Shown piece after piece: positions 50,844 to 63,489 of a stretch of 64,000 nt of DNA. The position numbers and the translations under genes are program-made. Under the pieces are notes generated by a model. That model saw only the letters and a list, made by a program, of their open reading frames with translations, was not told the DNA's origin and ran no database searches. Source of the stretch: Octopus vulgaris (Eukaryota); assembly GCA_951406725.2 (NCBI GenBank), contig OX597822.1, forward strand, positions 111,848,001 to 111,912,000, read 5' to 3'. Every line of letters starts with the position of its first letter. Position 1 is the first letter of the stretch.

Positions 50844-52156
50844 ATGGCAAAACCTACGGATAAGATTGTAGAATGGGAGATTGCCCCACTTAAGGAGTGG
50901 CTCAAACAGCATGAGGAGAGGACGGTGGTTTTGAGAACGTATTCGAAGGTTCTCGACACCATTGCCGTCTTCTCCAGGCAGATGATTGAGCAGGAGTTGG
51001 CGGAACATCTGCCAATCATTAAGTATATCTCTTGGGGTGTCAAATATGCAACGGTGTGGTTGCTGTTTGACACCCCAGAGGAGACTCGCAGTTTTGCGAG
51101 CCAGCCCTTTGAGGGTAAATTTATTTTGTTTGTTCCCACTTATTGTGGGGAAAAAATTGACGAGGGCCTGGGTCTGTGGTTTACCACCCGGAATTGGACC
51201 GCAGTGGATAGCGGATACTATCCGTCGGAGTCTGGGTAGCAGCGGAGCCAGACTCCTCAATGTCAAAATTCTTCATGCAGCTGATTGGGTTGGGGCAAAA
51301 GCTGTTTTGACCCTGTGGACCCTATCAGCTATGAATCTGGTTATGCCAGATTTTTTGAAAATGACCGGGTGCAGGTTTCTTGAGGGTCGAACCCCCAGGT
51401 GTCATCGGTGCCTGGAGCCTGGCCATATAAAGAACAACTGTACTGAGGAGCAAATTCCTGGAGCAGTTGATTGAGACCTCCGTAGAAGAAGGAACGAAGG
51501 CAGCCGAGGAGACGGAAGACTCCTCAAAGAAGGGCCGCAAGAGGAAGAAGGTGAGTAACAGTGTGTGCTCACCGAAGGATCTTAGGGGTGAGGGAGGGGA
51601 GGCGAAACTCCCGCTTACGGAGGGGACGCACCCTCCCTCAGTTGAAGGAAAAAAAGAGGAATAGGAAGAGAAACCGGACATTGCCGGCAGTCGGTGACAT
51701 AGCACCGAAATTTCCCGGAACCTTGCCGGCAGGGGTTGTGCCACCGGCAGGGGTTGTGCCACCGGCAGGTGAAAAGACACCGTTGGGGGAATTGTTCCAC
51801 CAACGGTAGAATTGACTACCTCGAACCCGGAGGAAGACGAATTATTGGTCTTCTTCTCCAGAGGCGGAGAAGTATAAGAGGTGGTGGAGAAGCACCATAA
51901 GGGAGTACCTTTAACCTTCACACAGGATCTGGAATGGCCTCCGCAGATAGTTGTGGAGGTCATAACGTTGTCCGCGTCGTATAGGCCGCAGGGTCTCAAT
52001 GAGAGACATCGCTTGTGGCCGGGCGACGTCGACTCGGATCTCGCCTTGGTCTTGAATAAGGCGTGGGCGATGGCGAAGTATACGGCACAAGCGATGTTGG
52101 GGAGGAATAGTGACAAGAGGTTGAAAAGCCCCAGTGTTATAATGTTTATTGTATAA
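50844..52156 (+). pseudogene. Gag/ORF1-like CCHC protein of an ORF1-only retroposon (copy 2), disrupted
   Basis: Homologous to 44299-45494 (TVVLRTYSK, GVKYATVWLLFD, RAW.CGLPPGI, CHRCLEPGHIKNNC, EWP.Q...EV). Frameshifts and stops. No ORF2 downstream. Confidence 0.8.
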
Positions 52157-53830
52157 TGTTTAATGTTTATTGTATGTTATTATGTTTAAGAGGCTTAACG
52201 CCCGAATTTTTAAATGGCCTATTAGTCCATAACTGTAAAACTGGAGTAAGAGGTTCGTGTGCTACATTTTATCGACAGACCAAGGCCACTCTTTCTGGGA
52301 CAATTTATTTGGAGTGAGGTCGCGTTTTCCGTACTATAGCAATGTTATTTTTGCTAGCGCTATCATCCTTAAACTTGAAGTGTTCTTTTTATAATTAACA
52401 TGTGAACACACTTCAAAATAGTGGAATGCATGTTGCAAGATTTAGCTTTCTGATATGAAAAAAGTAATACATAAAATTTCGGAAATATTAGTAAAGTAAA
52501 AAGATTTGCCATAAATCAGATACTCGAACCACACATCTTTCTTTAGAGAGTATCAGAACTCTGTGTGAAACTGATAGCCACACATACCTTGCACACCTTT
52601 CCAACAGCATCGCCTATGCCTGCGTGGCACCCGACTGCAACACTTGCCATGGTAGTAATTCAAAATTCAAAGAAATAGAAAACATTCTATATAAATGATG
52701 GAAGAGAAACGTTAGTATTATGAGAACCATACATTACTTTTAAACGAAATAAAGAATATCATCTTCAGAAAACCAAATTTGGATTCATAAATCTACGAAC
52801 GTGTAAGATAAGTAGATTCCATCATGTATATATGTGTGTGTATCTGTAAAGATGTAAGCACGAATGCTTATGTGTATTTATGCATACAAAATTTCAAGCG
52901 CTACACTATGAATCATGTAACAATATACAACATAAATGAATTGAGATGAAATGATTTGCAAGAAATCTTGTGTGTTCTGGGAAATATGTCCAACGTCCCA
53001 TGGGCAATTTATGAAAATAACACAAACTAACGAAATCACATCATTGAAGACGTATTCTGTGTAATATAATTCTTTTCAATAGCTTTAGATATGACATATT
53101 TTACTTAGAAGACGCCTACTGGACATGATTAAAATCAAAATATCTATACAAAAGATGTAGCAGACGTTCCATGAGTAGTTGTCGAAATTTTGAAGCCATT
53201 CACTTTTAACTAAAGAGATGAGAGATAAGTAATTATCTTTTTATGTAAAGTCGACAGCGTTGTGTCAAAAGCTCTGCCGCTATACACGAGTGAAAACGGA
53301 ATATTGCAGCAAGGGTGATTCCGTTTGTATGAGGAAAAGCTCTTTCTAAATCGCTGCTTTTATATCAAGATGAAAATAAATCATTGCAGCCACACGGGTT
53401 ACGTTTCGAAGATGTGAGGCTTAAGAATGTTCTAGCTCGAACATTAAACAATGTGCCACGTATGGATATTAATAGTTGCAAAATATATCTGTCCGTCTGC
53501 GAATAATATCTAATGATAGACAATTGGAGCAGGAATTGCAGATGAGTCGTGAAAGACAAACAAGAAATACTTAAACATGAGCCTGTGGACCAAATATACT
53601 TATATGTGTGCATATATATGAAGAGAAAGAAAGGAATATAGAAATAGAGATGAATATGTTAATTGTCAGGCATTGATCATAAATATGATTTCTAACATCA
53701 AGCAATTTTACCTGAGAAAATACAATGATTAAAGTGAACGAATACTATTGCAGTTGTCTTTGTGAAACGAACTGAGTTGAAAAAGCTGGAATTATCTGAA
53801 GCGCAAACGAGTGTTTATGTGTGCGTGTGT

Positions 53831-53958
53831 GTCCCGGGGGTGGTCTTCAAGTGCGATTTTGGCAAGCATCTTGGTCTTATTATTTCAGGCACAGTCGTTG
53901 GTGTCTTTCTCAACCGCGCCCCACACATAGTAATGCATGGGATTGCAATTGGGTGAAT
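53831..53958 (-). mobile_element. Fragment of the mariner-like transposase also seen at 61198-61325
   Basis: Reverse complement aligns to 61198-61325 (NSPNCNPMHYYVWGAVEKDTN). Confidence 0.75.
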
Positions 53959-53999
53959 TGCACTCACATATACTCACACGTTTTATGTCACGGCAACAC

Positions 54000-54112
54000 A
54001 ATATCGACCAGACCACCCGACATTGCTACATATCGCTGGTTACAATGCGTTAATCATTGATTTTAGCTTTGGAGTGACGCCTTCCAGTTGGCTGAGCGAC
54101 AAGGCCAACATT
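54000..54112 (-). mobile_element. Diverged 3' tail of SINE A2
   Basis: Reverse complement aligns to 16700-16810. Confidence 0.6.
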
Positions 54113-54191
54113 AACCCCAAACGTAAGTATATTCCGTCAAAGAATAACTTTTTCAGGCTGAGGGGACAGTAAAAACGTGAAATGAAGTATT

Positions 54192-54229
<38 letters not shown>

Positions 54230-54325
54230 CCCACTAGAATGGGAGCAAGCGCTAATCCGAATGATATGATATATATGTAAAAAATGTAATATATAAATAA
54301 ATATCTACAAATATGAACCATCTGA

Positions 54326-54379
<54 letters not shown>

Positions 54380-54485
54380 TGAATGTGTACGGGTATAGTT
54401 ATATAAGTACGCAGGTCTATATAATAATGCATACACATATATGTATATGTGTGTGTGTGTGTACGTGTCTATGTGTGTGGCTTAA

Positions 54486-55327
54486 ATTTCTTTTAAGCAC
54501 GAGGCCCCAAAACACAGAGAAGATTGTACAAGGACAGATAAGACAATACAAACGGGGATATAAAGCATAAAACGATGAATGAAAATATGAAATGTGCAAA
54601 AATGAGGATGAACGTCCTTGCTTGAGCCCCACCCTCAAGCAATCACATTTACTGTTCTTTACAGTTCATTTAAAGATTTCAATATGGAATCCATTCTAGC
54701 ATGTACGGGTCTAAGTCCTCATAATTGACCATCGGGGGCAGGTATTTGTATCTTACCTTCTCTGGTGTAAAATCTATAACATAAACGTGATATTTCCTTA
54801 AAAATTCATATCTCTTCCTGTCACCTAAGATGCATTTATCCTCCGATACAGTCGGCTTCACTCAAATTACATCCTTGAATCTCTACGTGGTCTTCTCTAA
54901 TGCTTCACTTGTTTTATATAATAGCAAATTTTCTGTCTTCCATTCCGAGGTCTGATCTTCTGCCGTTGTCTGCTTACTGGGAGTTTCTTTGTTGCTTTCT
55001 CCGGTAGATGTTTGCTGTTGTGTGACGCTTTCTGTCGCTGCTTGTATTTGGTCACTTCTCCTTATCTTTTTTGAAGCTTTAGGGGACGAGTCACTCTTTC
55101 CCCCTTTTTCTGGTTACCTGAGTGTAATCTCCCTCGGTATCTGTTCGACGTAATTCGTTCGCATTTCTTTTCTCTTCTACTTACAGTTTCTGGCTAGAGA
55201 TGCGAACGATGATTTCCCTTCGCAAATACAGACAGTGTACCGTTAGCCAGCTGGGGGAGATGTCTTCTGGAGTAGCATCGTCAGTCACACTTTCGTGGAA
55301 AATATACTCGCCCGGAGATTTATTATT

Positions 55328-55330
<3 letters not shown>
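54486..55330 (-). mobile_element. 5'-truncated ORF1-only retroposon (distant copy 3)
   Basis: Minus strand: basic linker YTQVTRKRGK, low-complexity region, then ENLLLYK...DLDPYMLEWIPY* (stop at 54679). A ~190-nt UTR ends TCTGTCCTTGT..CTCTGTGTTTTGGGGCCTCGTGCTTAAAAGAAAT, like the SINE B tail. Confidence 0.55.
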
Positions 55331-55413
<83 letters not shown>

Positions 55414-55709
55414 GAGAAAGAAAGGAATATAGAAATAGAGATGAATATGTTAATTGTCAGGCATTGATCATAAATATGAATCCTGAATTAAACCAAACAA
55501 CACATGCTCTTAATCCCTTTGGATCCTAATACCTCAAGGTAATTTTTTCGTGAACAATCATTAAACTAAAGATACACAACGAACTCACAATGTATCGGAG
55601 TACTTATTTTTTAATTTTTGTACATTTTTATCATTATTCTTTTACAAAAAACAATGCAATTTTCTTTTTTTCCCCTTTCTAATTTTTAAAAAACTTTTTA
55701 AAACATAAA

Positions 55710-55750
55710 TATTCTTGACAAGTCATACAATGACGAAAACCGGTTGAATA
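55710..55750 (+). ncRNA. Hammerhead-like motif with U3-A8 core in the 5' pLTR
   Basis: TATTC-TTGACAA-GTCAT ACA ATGAC-GAAA-ACCGGT-T-GAATA. Identical copy at 60218-60258. Confidence 0.6.
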
Positions 55751-55918
55751 AATATATATTTATATATTTTATCAATTTCTCATTTTATTAAAATTTTCTT
55801 TCATTTGAGCATTCTGCATTTTTAAAAAAATTTTTCCTTACTTATCATTTCTCCACGTGCGGTCAACACGACCCCACCATTTATTGATCTGTACCCTCTA
55901 CCACACGTGTGATTCAGA

Positions 55919-58900
55919 ATGCCTCCGAAAAACAAGAGTACTCTTACAGAGACAGTCACCAATAAAACCATTCTAAAAGTACTCAAAGTACTCAATACAC
56001 ATCTACTTACATTCTCCAAAAAATTGACGAACTTCTCCATCAATCCCGGGACAACTCAGAAAACAACCATCATCAACAACTTTCGGATAAAATTGATGTA
56101 AACCTAAACGAAATCAACACTACACTGAAAACTCTACTTACCAATTCAACGCCAAAGAGACCTCAGACACCACTCAACACACAGAAGGAACACACTTCAA
56201 CCCCAGCACAACGCATTAAAAACCAGATCATCACTACTTGGACTAAGAAACTACACAACAGAAAACTTCTCTTCTGGAACATGCTCAAAAACCAAAACAA
56301 AGCTGAAATTTACGACAAATGGTTAAACTCCCTCCCCTATCATACTACCCCGAAAATTCCAAATCAAACACATCCCAGACGAACCTGAAAAACAATGCTC
56401 CCTAAGAGAAAAACTAACATTGGAAAAAATGAAAACTGAAGTAGAACTTCTAAAACTCAGAGCACAAAACCACGAACAAAAATACACAAAAATAGACGAT
56501 GAGATACTTCTAGAACTAACCTCACACACCAACGAACAGCCCCTCGAACTTGTTATTAAACTATGGAAAGATGAATGTGAAAAGGAAGAACGAACCTCCC
56601 TTAAACGCTGGGAAAACAACAAAGATTTCTTCCTCAACTATGAAACACAATTCATATTAAACCATAAATCCAAAAACCCATTCATAAAAGTACCCACAAC
56701 ACAGACTTCCACTGTACCCCATAAACACCATTCCAAACCGCACCTCAAATACACATACTCTCCAAACCCCCTCCTAACAGGACACAACCTCCCCCAACCA
56801 TATAAAAAACCTTTTCCCCCCCGAAACATCTCAAACAAGACCCACCACAAAACCTGGTTTTCCAGTCACTCTAACACCCCTCCCCACCGATAAGAACCTT
56901 CAAGAACCTCCCATACACTAGGAATTATCCCCCCTCAATGCTACCCTCCCTCACACTAATAACAAACAAGGCATCCTACCCACACCGATACATATAATAC
57001 CCACCCAACGAACCCCCTATAGTCCACCCATCCAACAACCACATTCCTACCACATTTCCTACAGATCTCCAAACCCTCACATCCCACACGAACCCAATCA
57101 CCACAACTACATACCCCCTACATCCCCCCATACAATCTACCAGACACACACCCACAAACCCATCGCATTTCTCACAAAACCTTACACCATCGCATCCCAT
57201 ACCAACATAAATACCACAACTACCTACCCCCCCCCCAACCTCCCCACCCCAAAACACTCCTACACATACAACCAGAACTTTAACAAAGAATACACCCCTT
57301 ACCTCAACAACCATTTTTTAGACAGAGGGGGAAAATACAAAACCACCGCTAACACAGACCCAAAATAAGAAAACAAAGATTATAAACCTCTCCAGCCAAA
57401 CACTGACACCAACCCAAATCAACATCCTAGCAAGAGGTTTGAATGACGTTTCTGAATTCTGCAGAAAACTTCGCCTAACAGAAGCTTTGACAGATATCAA
57501 CAATGGGGACGATTCATTGATCAGAAATAAAAGCAACTTCCTACCATCAAAAGGGAGAAATAAAACACTGGACGATTTCTGCAAACACATCCAGAGTCTC
57601 CCCTTTACCCCAAGCAAAACCAAGGTAAAATCCAATTTCAGTAAGGAAGAATGGGAAAACCTACGTGACATACAACTGGATAAAAACCTCACCATCAAAG
57701 AAGCGGACAAAGGGAGTGCTGTGGTCCTTATGGACACGGAATTTTATAAACACCTAGTGTTTTCCATGCTTAACAATAACATTTTCTATGAGGTTATTAA
57801 CAACTACAAACAACAAAAAACAATCAGAAACCTCACCACACTCATACGCCAACACGGTCAGGGACTCACAGAAAAAGAAAGGGATTATATCACCATTTTC
57901 AAATGCAAGCCCAGCCTTTTTTATGGCCTTCCTAAAATCCATAAAAACAAATACATCACCGAAGCCTGCAAACTCTCCACTGACATCCACATCAACATCA
58001 AAGCACCGGAGGACCTAAAACTAAGGCCCATCGTGGCTGGTACCTCCTGTGAAACACACCGCCTGAGTAACTTCCTAGACATCCTTTTGAAACCTTTCCT
58101 TACCCACATCAAAAGTTTCATTAGGGATGATCTGGACATGCTCAAACACCTCCCGAAAACAGTTAACGAGGAGGCACTCCTGGTATCCTTTGATGTCATC
58201 AACCTCTACACCAACATCCCACATGAGTATGGTATAGAGGCAATTGACTTCTGGCTAGAAAAACACCCAGAGACATTCCCTGACCGCATTAACAAGTCTT
58301 TTATTACAGAATCTCTCAAGTTCATTCTGACAAACAATTTTTTTCTCTTCAACGACACATACTACCGTCAAAAATGTGGTATTGCGATGGGTACCAAGGC
58401 TGCACCAGTCCTTGCGAACCTCATAATGGGTTACTTCGAACTGTCACTCTATGAAATATCAAGCCAGAAATTTGGACATGTTTTCCACACCTACCTAATG
58501 GAAAACTGGAAAAGGTATTTAGATGATTGTTTCAGCATATGGAAAGAACCTTATGAAAAACTCCTGGAATTCAAAACCATACTAAACAACATACATCCCA
58601 ACATCCAATTCACTATGGAATTAAGCAAACATCATCTCCCATTCCTTGATCTCCTAATTATAAAAACACCTAAGAACCAAATCATAACAGACATCTACCA
58701 CAAACCTACAGACTCACAACAATACCTCCTCTTTAGTTCATGCCACCCAAAACACACCAAGACAAATATCCCTTTCAATTTAGCTAAAAGGGTGTGCACC
58801 ATTGTCTCGGATCCAAAAACACGAGAAATACGCCTTCAAGACCTCAAAAAAACACTATTACAACGTCAATATCCCTCCACCCTTATAGAGTATGGAATAA

Positions 58901-59585
58901 AACGCGCCAAAGAACTAGATAACACTACACTGAAAACCACCCAACCTAACACCACACACAACCTCAAAATACTTCCATACATTTCCACCCACAACCCCAA
59001 AAATATCGAAGCATACACCACAATCATACAAAACCTCAGTCTACTGTCAACAGACCCAAAAATGAAAAACATTATAAATACACACAAAATCCTCAAATGT
59101 AAAAGGCAACACAAATCTTTAAAAAAACTCTTGACAAATGCCAAACTTCACACACCACATCCACCCCCAACAGTAAAAAATGTGCACGCTCAAACTGTGG
59201 TACCTGCCCCTTTCTACTTGAAGGCTCTGAATTTACCTTCAAACAAGGTACGAAGTTTAAAATCAAGACTAACTTCTCCTGTTCCTCCGAGAACCTTATC
59301 TACGTTCTCACATGCGCTGGTTGCCAACATAATTATGTTGGACAAACGAGTCTCCCGTTACGTAAACGAGTAACGGTGCATAAAGAACAAATAAATCGCC
59401 CGGAATACCGACAAATTCCACTGAGTGACCACTTAGACTCATGTGCTAAAGACTTAAACCCCAAATTCTATATATTCCCCTTCTACCAATGTAAAGACGG
59501 GATCACCACACAGGAGAGAATTAACAAGGAGAATCTCTTTATTGAAAAATTCCAAACACAACTTAATATGCAAACTCCTCGTTGA
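55919..59585 (+). pseudogene. Penelope polyprotein: N-terminal region, RT, Cys linker, GIY-YIG endonuclease (frameshifted)
   Basis: 644-aa ORF 57439-59373 with ADKG, FYGLPKIHK, LRPIV, SFDVINLYTNIP, GIAMG and RYLDD. After a shift in the A-run near 59175 it reads KCARSNCGTCPF...NLIYVLTCAGCQHNYVGQT..LRKRVTVH...LN*. Confidence 0.92.
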
Positions 59586-60217
59586 TCAAACTTCCTTTTT
59601 CTACCTCACTCTTCATGGATGGACTAACACAAATATATAAAGATACCATGCATTCATCACTTCAAGCTAAAACTTATATTCTTTAAATATCATTTTTACT
59701 ATTGTTGTTATTACTATCATTTTTATTATAAATGATATGACAATCTGAAATGCAATTGTCTATGCAGATTTATATAATTAGAAAATAATATAAATAAAGT
59801 GTTAAAATCTGAAAGTTAAGTTAACAAGCAATTATATAAAAAAGATAACGCAAATGAAGCTAAAATGATAATTTTATAATTTGGGTTTTACCAACAGCCC
59901 TTATTGAAGAACTCAAAAGAGTTGTCTCCCCTTACTCACAACACAGGAACTGAAGAACCGCAATTACTACTACTTCCTGTCCTGCCAACATCCTGAATTA
60001 AACCAAACAACACATGCTCTTAATCCCTTTGGATCCTAATACCTCAAGGTAATTTTTTCGTGAACAATCATTAAACTCAAGATACACAACGAACTCACAA
60101 TGTATCGGAGTACTTATTTTTTAATTTTTGTACATTTTTATCATTATTCTTTTGCAAAAGACAATGCAATTTTCTTTTTTCCCCTTTCTAATTTTTAAAA
60201 AACTTTTTAAACATAAA

Positions 60218-60258
60218 TATTCTTGACAAGTCATACAATGACGAAAACCGGTTGAATA
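60218..60258 (+). ncRNA. Hammerhead-like motif with U3-A8 core in the 3' pLTR
   Basis: Identical to 55710-55750. Confidence 0.6.
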
Positions 60259-60437
60259 AATATATATTTATATATTTTATCAATTTCTCATTTTATTAAA
60301 ATTTTCTTTCATTTGAGCATTCTGCATTTTTAAAATAAATTTTCCTTACTATATATATATATATATATTAGAAAAAAACACCTTTTATCAATTCAAAATG
60401 AGCAATTAAATTACACCCTCAAATAATATTCCCTCAA

Positions 60438-60508
<71 letters not shown>

Positions 60509-60700
60509 TATCCATGTATGTATATCCATCTATCTGTCTATCTATCTGTCTATCTATCTATCTATCTATCTATATATATATATATATATATATATATAAG
60601 AATGAATGTTTTTATATATAATGAACGTGAAATACAGGAAGGGACGAACACGGAACACAGACAAATCATTCGAAGCCTTCAATACGCACACACATACACA

Positions 60701-61532
60701 CAAGATGTTCTGGTTAAATTTGACGTTTTATAATGTCACCTTTGCTTTTAGGAACAGAGTAATGTTTTGGTGAACAGTCAACAGCACTGGAGATCGTAAA
60801 CAGTGAAGTTGTGGTTTAGAGTGTTAGCTGACATGGAAGACAGGAGACCATCTGAATATTTTTTTTTCAACGTGATGACATCATGACTGTTACTCAATAG
60901 TCTGTGAACAATGTAAGGGCTGTAAAACGTAACATGGATAGCTGCAATGGAGAATACAAAGCCAACATGAATTGACAGACGTTTGCACGCCGGAATTCAA
61001 TCCTACATATTTGAACCGTTCGGTAGGCTCAGTTCAGATGGTTATGTGAAGCTGCTAGAGACTGGCTGCTGGAAGGCCATTTGTGTGACAGCTGGATGTG
61101 GCCCCTTGCCAAGCCTCCGGAAACAGTCATAAGTAAGTGCCATAAATGGTTGCCGGAGAATTTCTACGAATTGACTAGACCCAAGTTTTGGCCTTCTAAT
61201 TCACACGATTGCAATCCCATGTATTACTATGTGTGGGCCGCGGTTGAGAAAGACACCAACGACTGTGCCTGCAATAATAAGGCCAAGATGCCTGCCAAAA
61301 TCGAATTTGAAGATCATCCCAGGGACAGAGTGACGAACGCATGCGCTACATTCCGAAGCAGTTTTGAGATTGTGAGGGAAGCTGAGAGTGGCTTCTTAGA
61401 GTAAAGTGCTATCTCCCAGGCCATAATATTTTTATATCCTTTTGACATTTTAAAAATCATTGTAATTTTCGATAGGATATTGTATTTTCTCTTCCATTTA
61501 TACAGAATCTGAACTGTAACCCGAATATCCTG
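60701..61532 (+). mobile_element. Internally deleted Tc1/mariner-superfamily transposon remnant
   Basis: ORF 61081-61404 has FWPSNSHDCNPMYYYVW (WP.NSPD.NP.DY..W motif) and a C-terminal RSSFEIVREAESGFLE*. Degenerate TIR-like ends. Confidence 0.7.
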
Positions 61533-61766
61533 TATGTATGTATGTATGTATGTATGTATGTATGTATGTATGTATGCATGCATGCATGTATGTATGTATG
61601 TATGTATGTATGCATGCATGCATGTATGTATGTATGTATGTATGCATGCATGCATGTATGTATGTATGTATGTATGCATACATGCAATGTATGTATGTAT
61701 GTATGTATGTATGCATGTATGTATGTATGCATGCATGCATGTATGTATGTATGTATGTATGTATGC

Positions 61767-61836
<70 letters not shown>

Positions 61837-61935
61837 GTACGTATGTGCATATGTAAGTATGTATGTATGTTTGTACCCATGCATGTAGGTATGTATGTAT
61901 GTACTTACGTACGTATGTATGTATATATGTTATAT
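61533..61935. repeat. (TATG)n/(CATG)n/(TA)n compound microsatellite
   Basis: Read directly from the sequence. Similar arrays at 17630-17725 and 42120-42292. Confidence 0.95.
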
Positions 61936-62233
61936 ATGCGATTAAGTGTTCTTTTATCATTCCACACTTACCTGGAAGGTTTTGGGGAATGTTTATATCT
62001 TATAAATGTACATGAATATGTAACTATTTCTATATTAATATAATTTGTGCGTACATTAAGTAAATCATATCGCTAAGTATTAAAAATAATGCTTTGCTAT
62101 CTCTACAAATATTGGCATATGTGATGTTTCTCCTGTAATCCTGTCAATCTTAGCGTTAGTGTTCTCACGCAACATTTAATTATCTCTCTATTTTAAATGT
62201 TCACATACGTCGTTATGTGCATAAATAAACTAT

Positions 62234-62454
62234 TACTCTTTTACTCTTTTACTTGTTTCAGTCATTCGACTGCGACCATGCTGGAGCACCGCCTTTTAGT
62301 CGAGCAAATCTACCCCGGGACTTATTCTTTTGTAAGCCCAGTACTTATTCTATCGGTCTCTTTTTGCCGAACCGCTAAGTGACGGGGACGTAAATACACC
62401 AGCATCGGTTGTAAGCAATGCTAGGGGGGGCAAATACAGACACACAAACACACA

Positions 62455-62504
<50 letters not shown>

Positions 62505-62664
62505 TACGACAGGCTTTTTTCAGTGTCCGTCTACCAAATCCACTCACAAGGCATTGGTCGGCCCGGGGCTATAGGAGAAGGCATTTGTCCAAAATGCCAC
62601 GCAGTGGGACTGAACCCGGAACCATGTGGTTGGTTAGCAAGCTACTTACCACACAGCCACTCCC
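62234..62664 (-). mobile_element. SINE family C
   Basis: Reverse complement of 13671-14079. Confidence 0.9.
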
Positions 62665-62974
62665 GTATACTTTCATTTTATTTTTGTATTTGTAATTTTC
62701 TCACAGATTATTAACGCTAACACGCCATCTTTACTTTGTGGCTACTTACTAACATATACTTTAAACGAAGAGATGAAAGTAAATCTGTAGTTAACATTAG
62801 TCGTGGTGAGTACGAAAGTGTTCGTTGTGTTAACTGCAGAAACCAAATTCATGGAACTCTCAAGTTTCTTTAATTTATTGCCACCGTCCCCATAAATTCC
62901 CAACCGAAATCTGAAACGTTTAGAAAACTACTAAAGATATTTCCGAAAATTCTATGAATGACTCAAAAATAAAT

Positions 62975-63383
62975 GGAGTGGCTGTATGGTAAGTAGCTTG
63001 TTTAACAACCACATGGTTCCGGGCTCAGTCCCACTGCGTGGCATCTTGGGCAAGTGTCTTCTACTATAGCCCCGGGCCGACCAATGCCTTGTGAGTGGAT
63101 TTGGTAGACAGAAACTGAAAGAAGCCTGTCGTATATATGTATATATATATATCTATGCATGTGTGTGTATGTGTGTCGGTATTTGTCCCCCCTAGCATTG
63201 CTTGACAACCGATGCTGGTGTGTTTACGTCCCCGTCACTTAGCGGTTCGGCAAAAGAGACTGATAGAATAAGTACTGGGCTTACAAAGAATAAGTCCCGG
63301 GGTCGATTTGCTCGACTAAAGGCGGTGCTCCAGCATGGCCGCACTCAAATGACTGAAACAAGTAAAAGAGTAAAGAGTAAGAG

Positions 63384-63385
<2 letters not shown>
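62975..63385 (+). mobile_element. SINE family C
   Basis: Homologous to 13671-14079. Followed by (AAAT)n. Confidence 0.9.
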
Positions 63386-63422
<37 letters not shown>

Positions 63423-63489
63423 ACTTCTAATCCAGTAATATGTATTTTGCTTCTTCAGTTGATTTTGATCGTAAAATTGGTCATGAGAA

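Larger units (their letters stand above)
55480..60350 (+). mobile_element. Near-complete Penelope-like element (Neptune-type) with direct pseudo-LTRs
   Basis: Near-identical ~362-bp direct repeats 55480-55842 and 59990-60350. RT plus GIY-YIG coding region between them. (TA)n at the 3' flank. Confidence 0.92.

Noticed and set aside
53290-53510. Open stretch ...YQDENKSLQPHGLRFEDVRLKNVLARTLNNVP as a possible host exon
   Set aside because: No recognisable homology and no clear acceptor site. Unsupported without RNA data.
59942-59979. ACAGGAA-CTGAAGA...TTCCTGT, a possible second hammerhead in the Penelope 3' UTR
   Set aside because: Stem I and CUGAAGA are present, but there is no stem II or GAAA.
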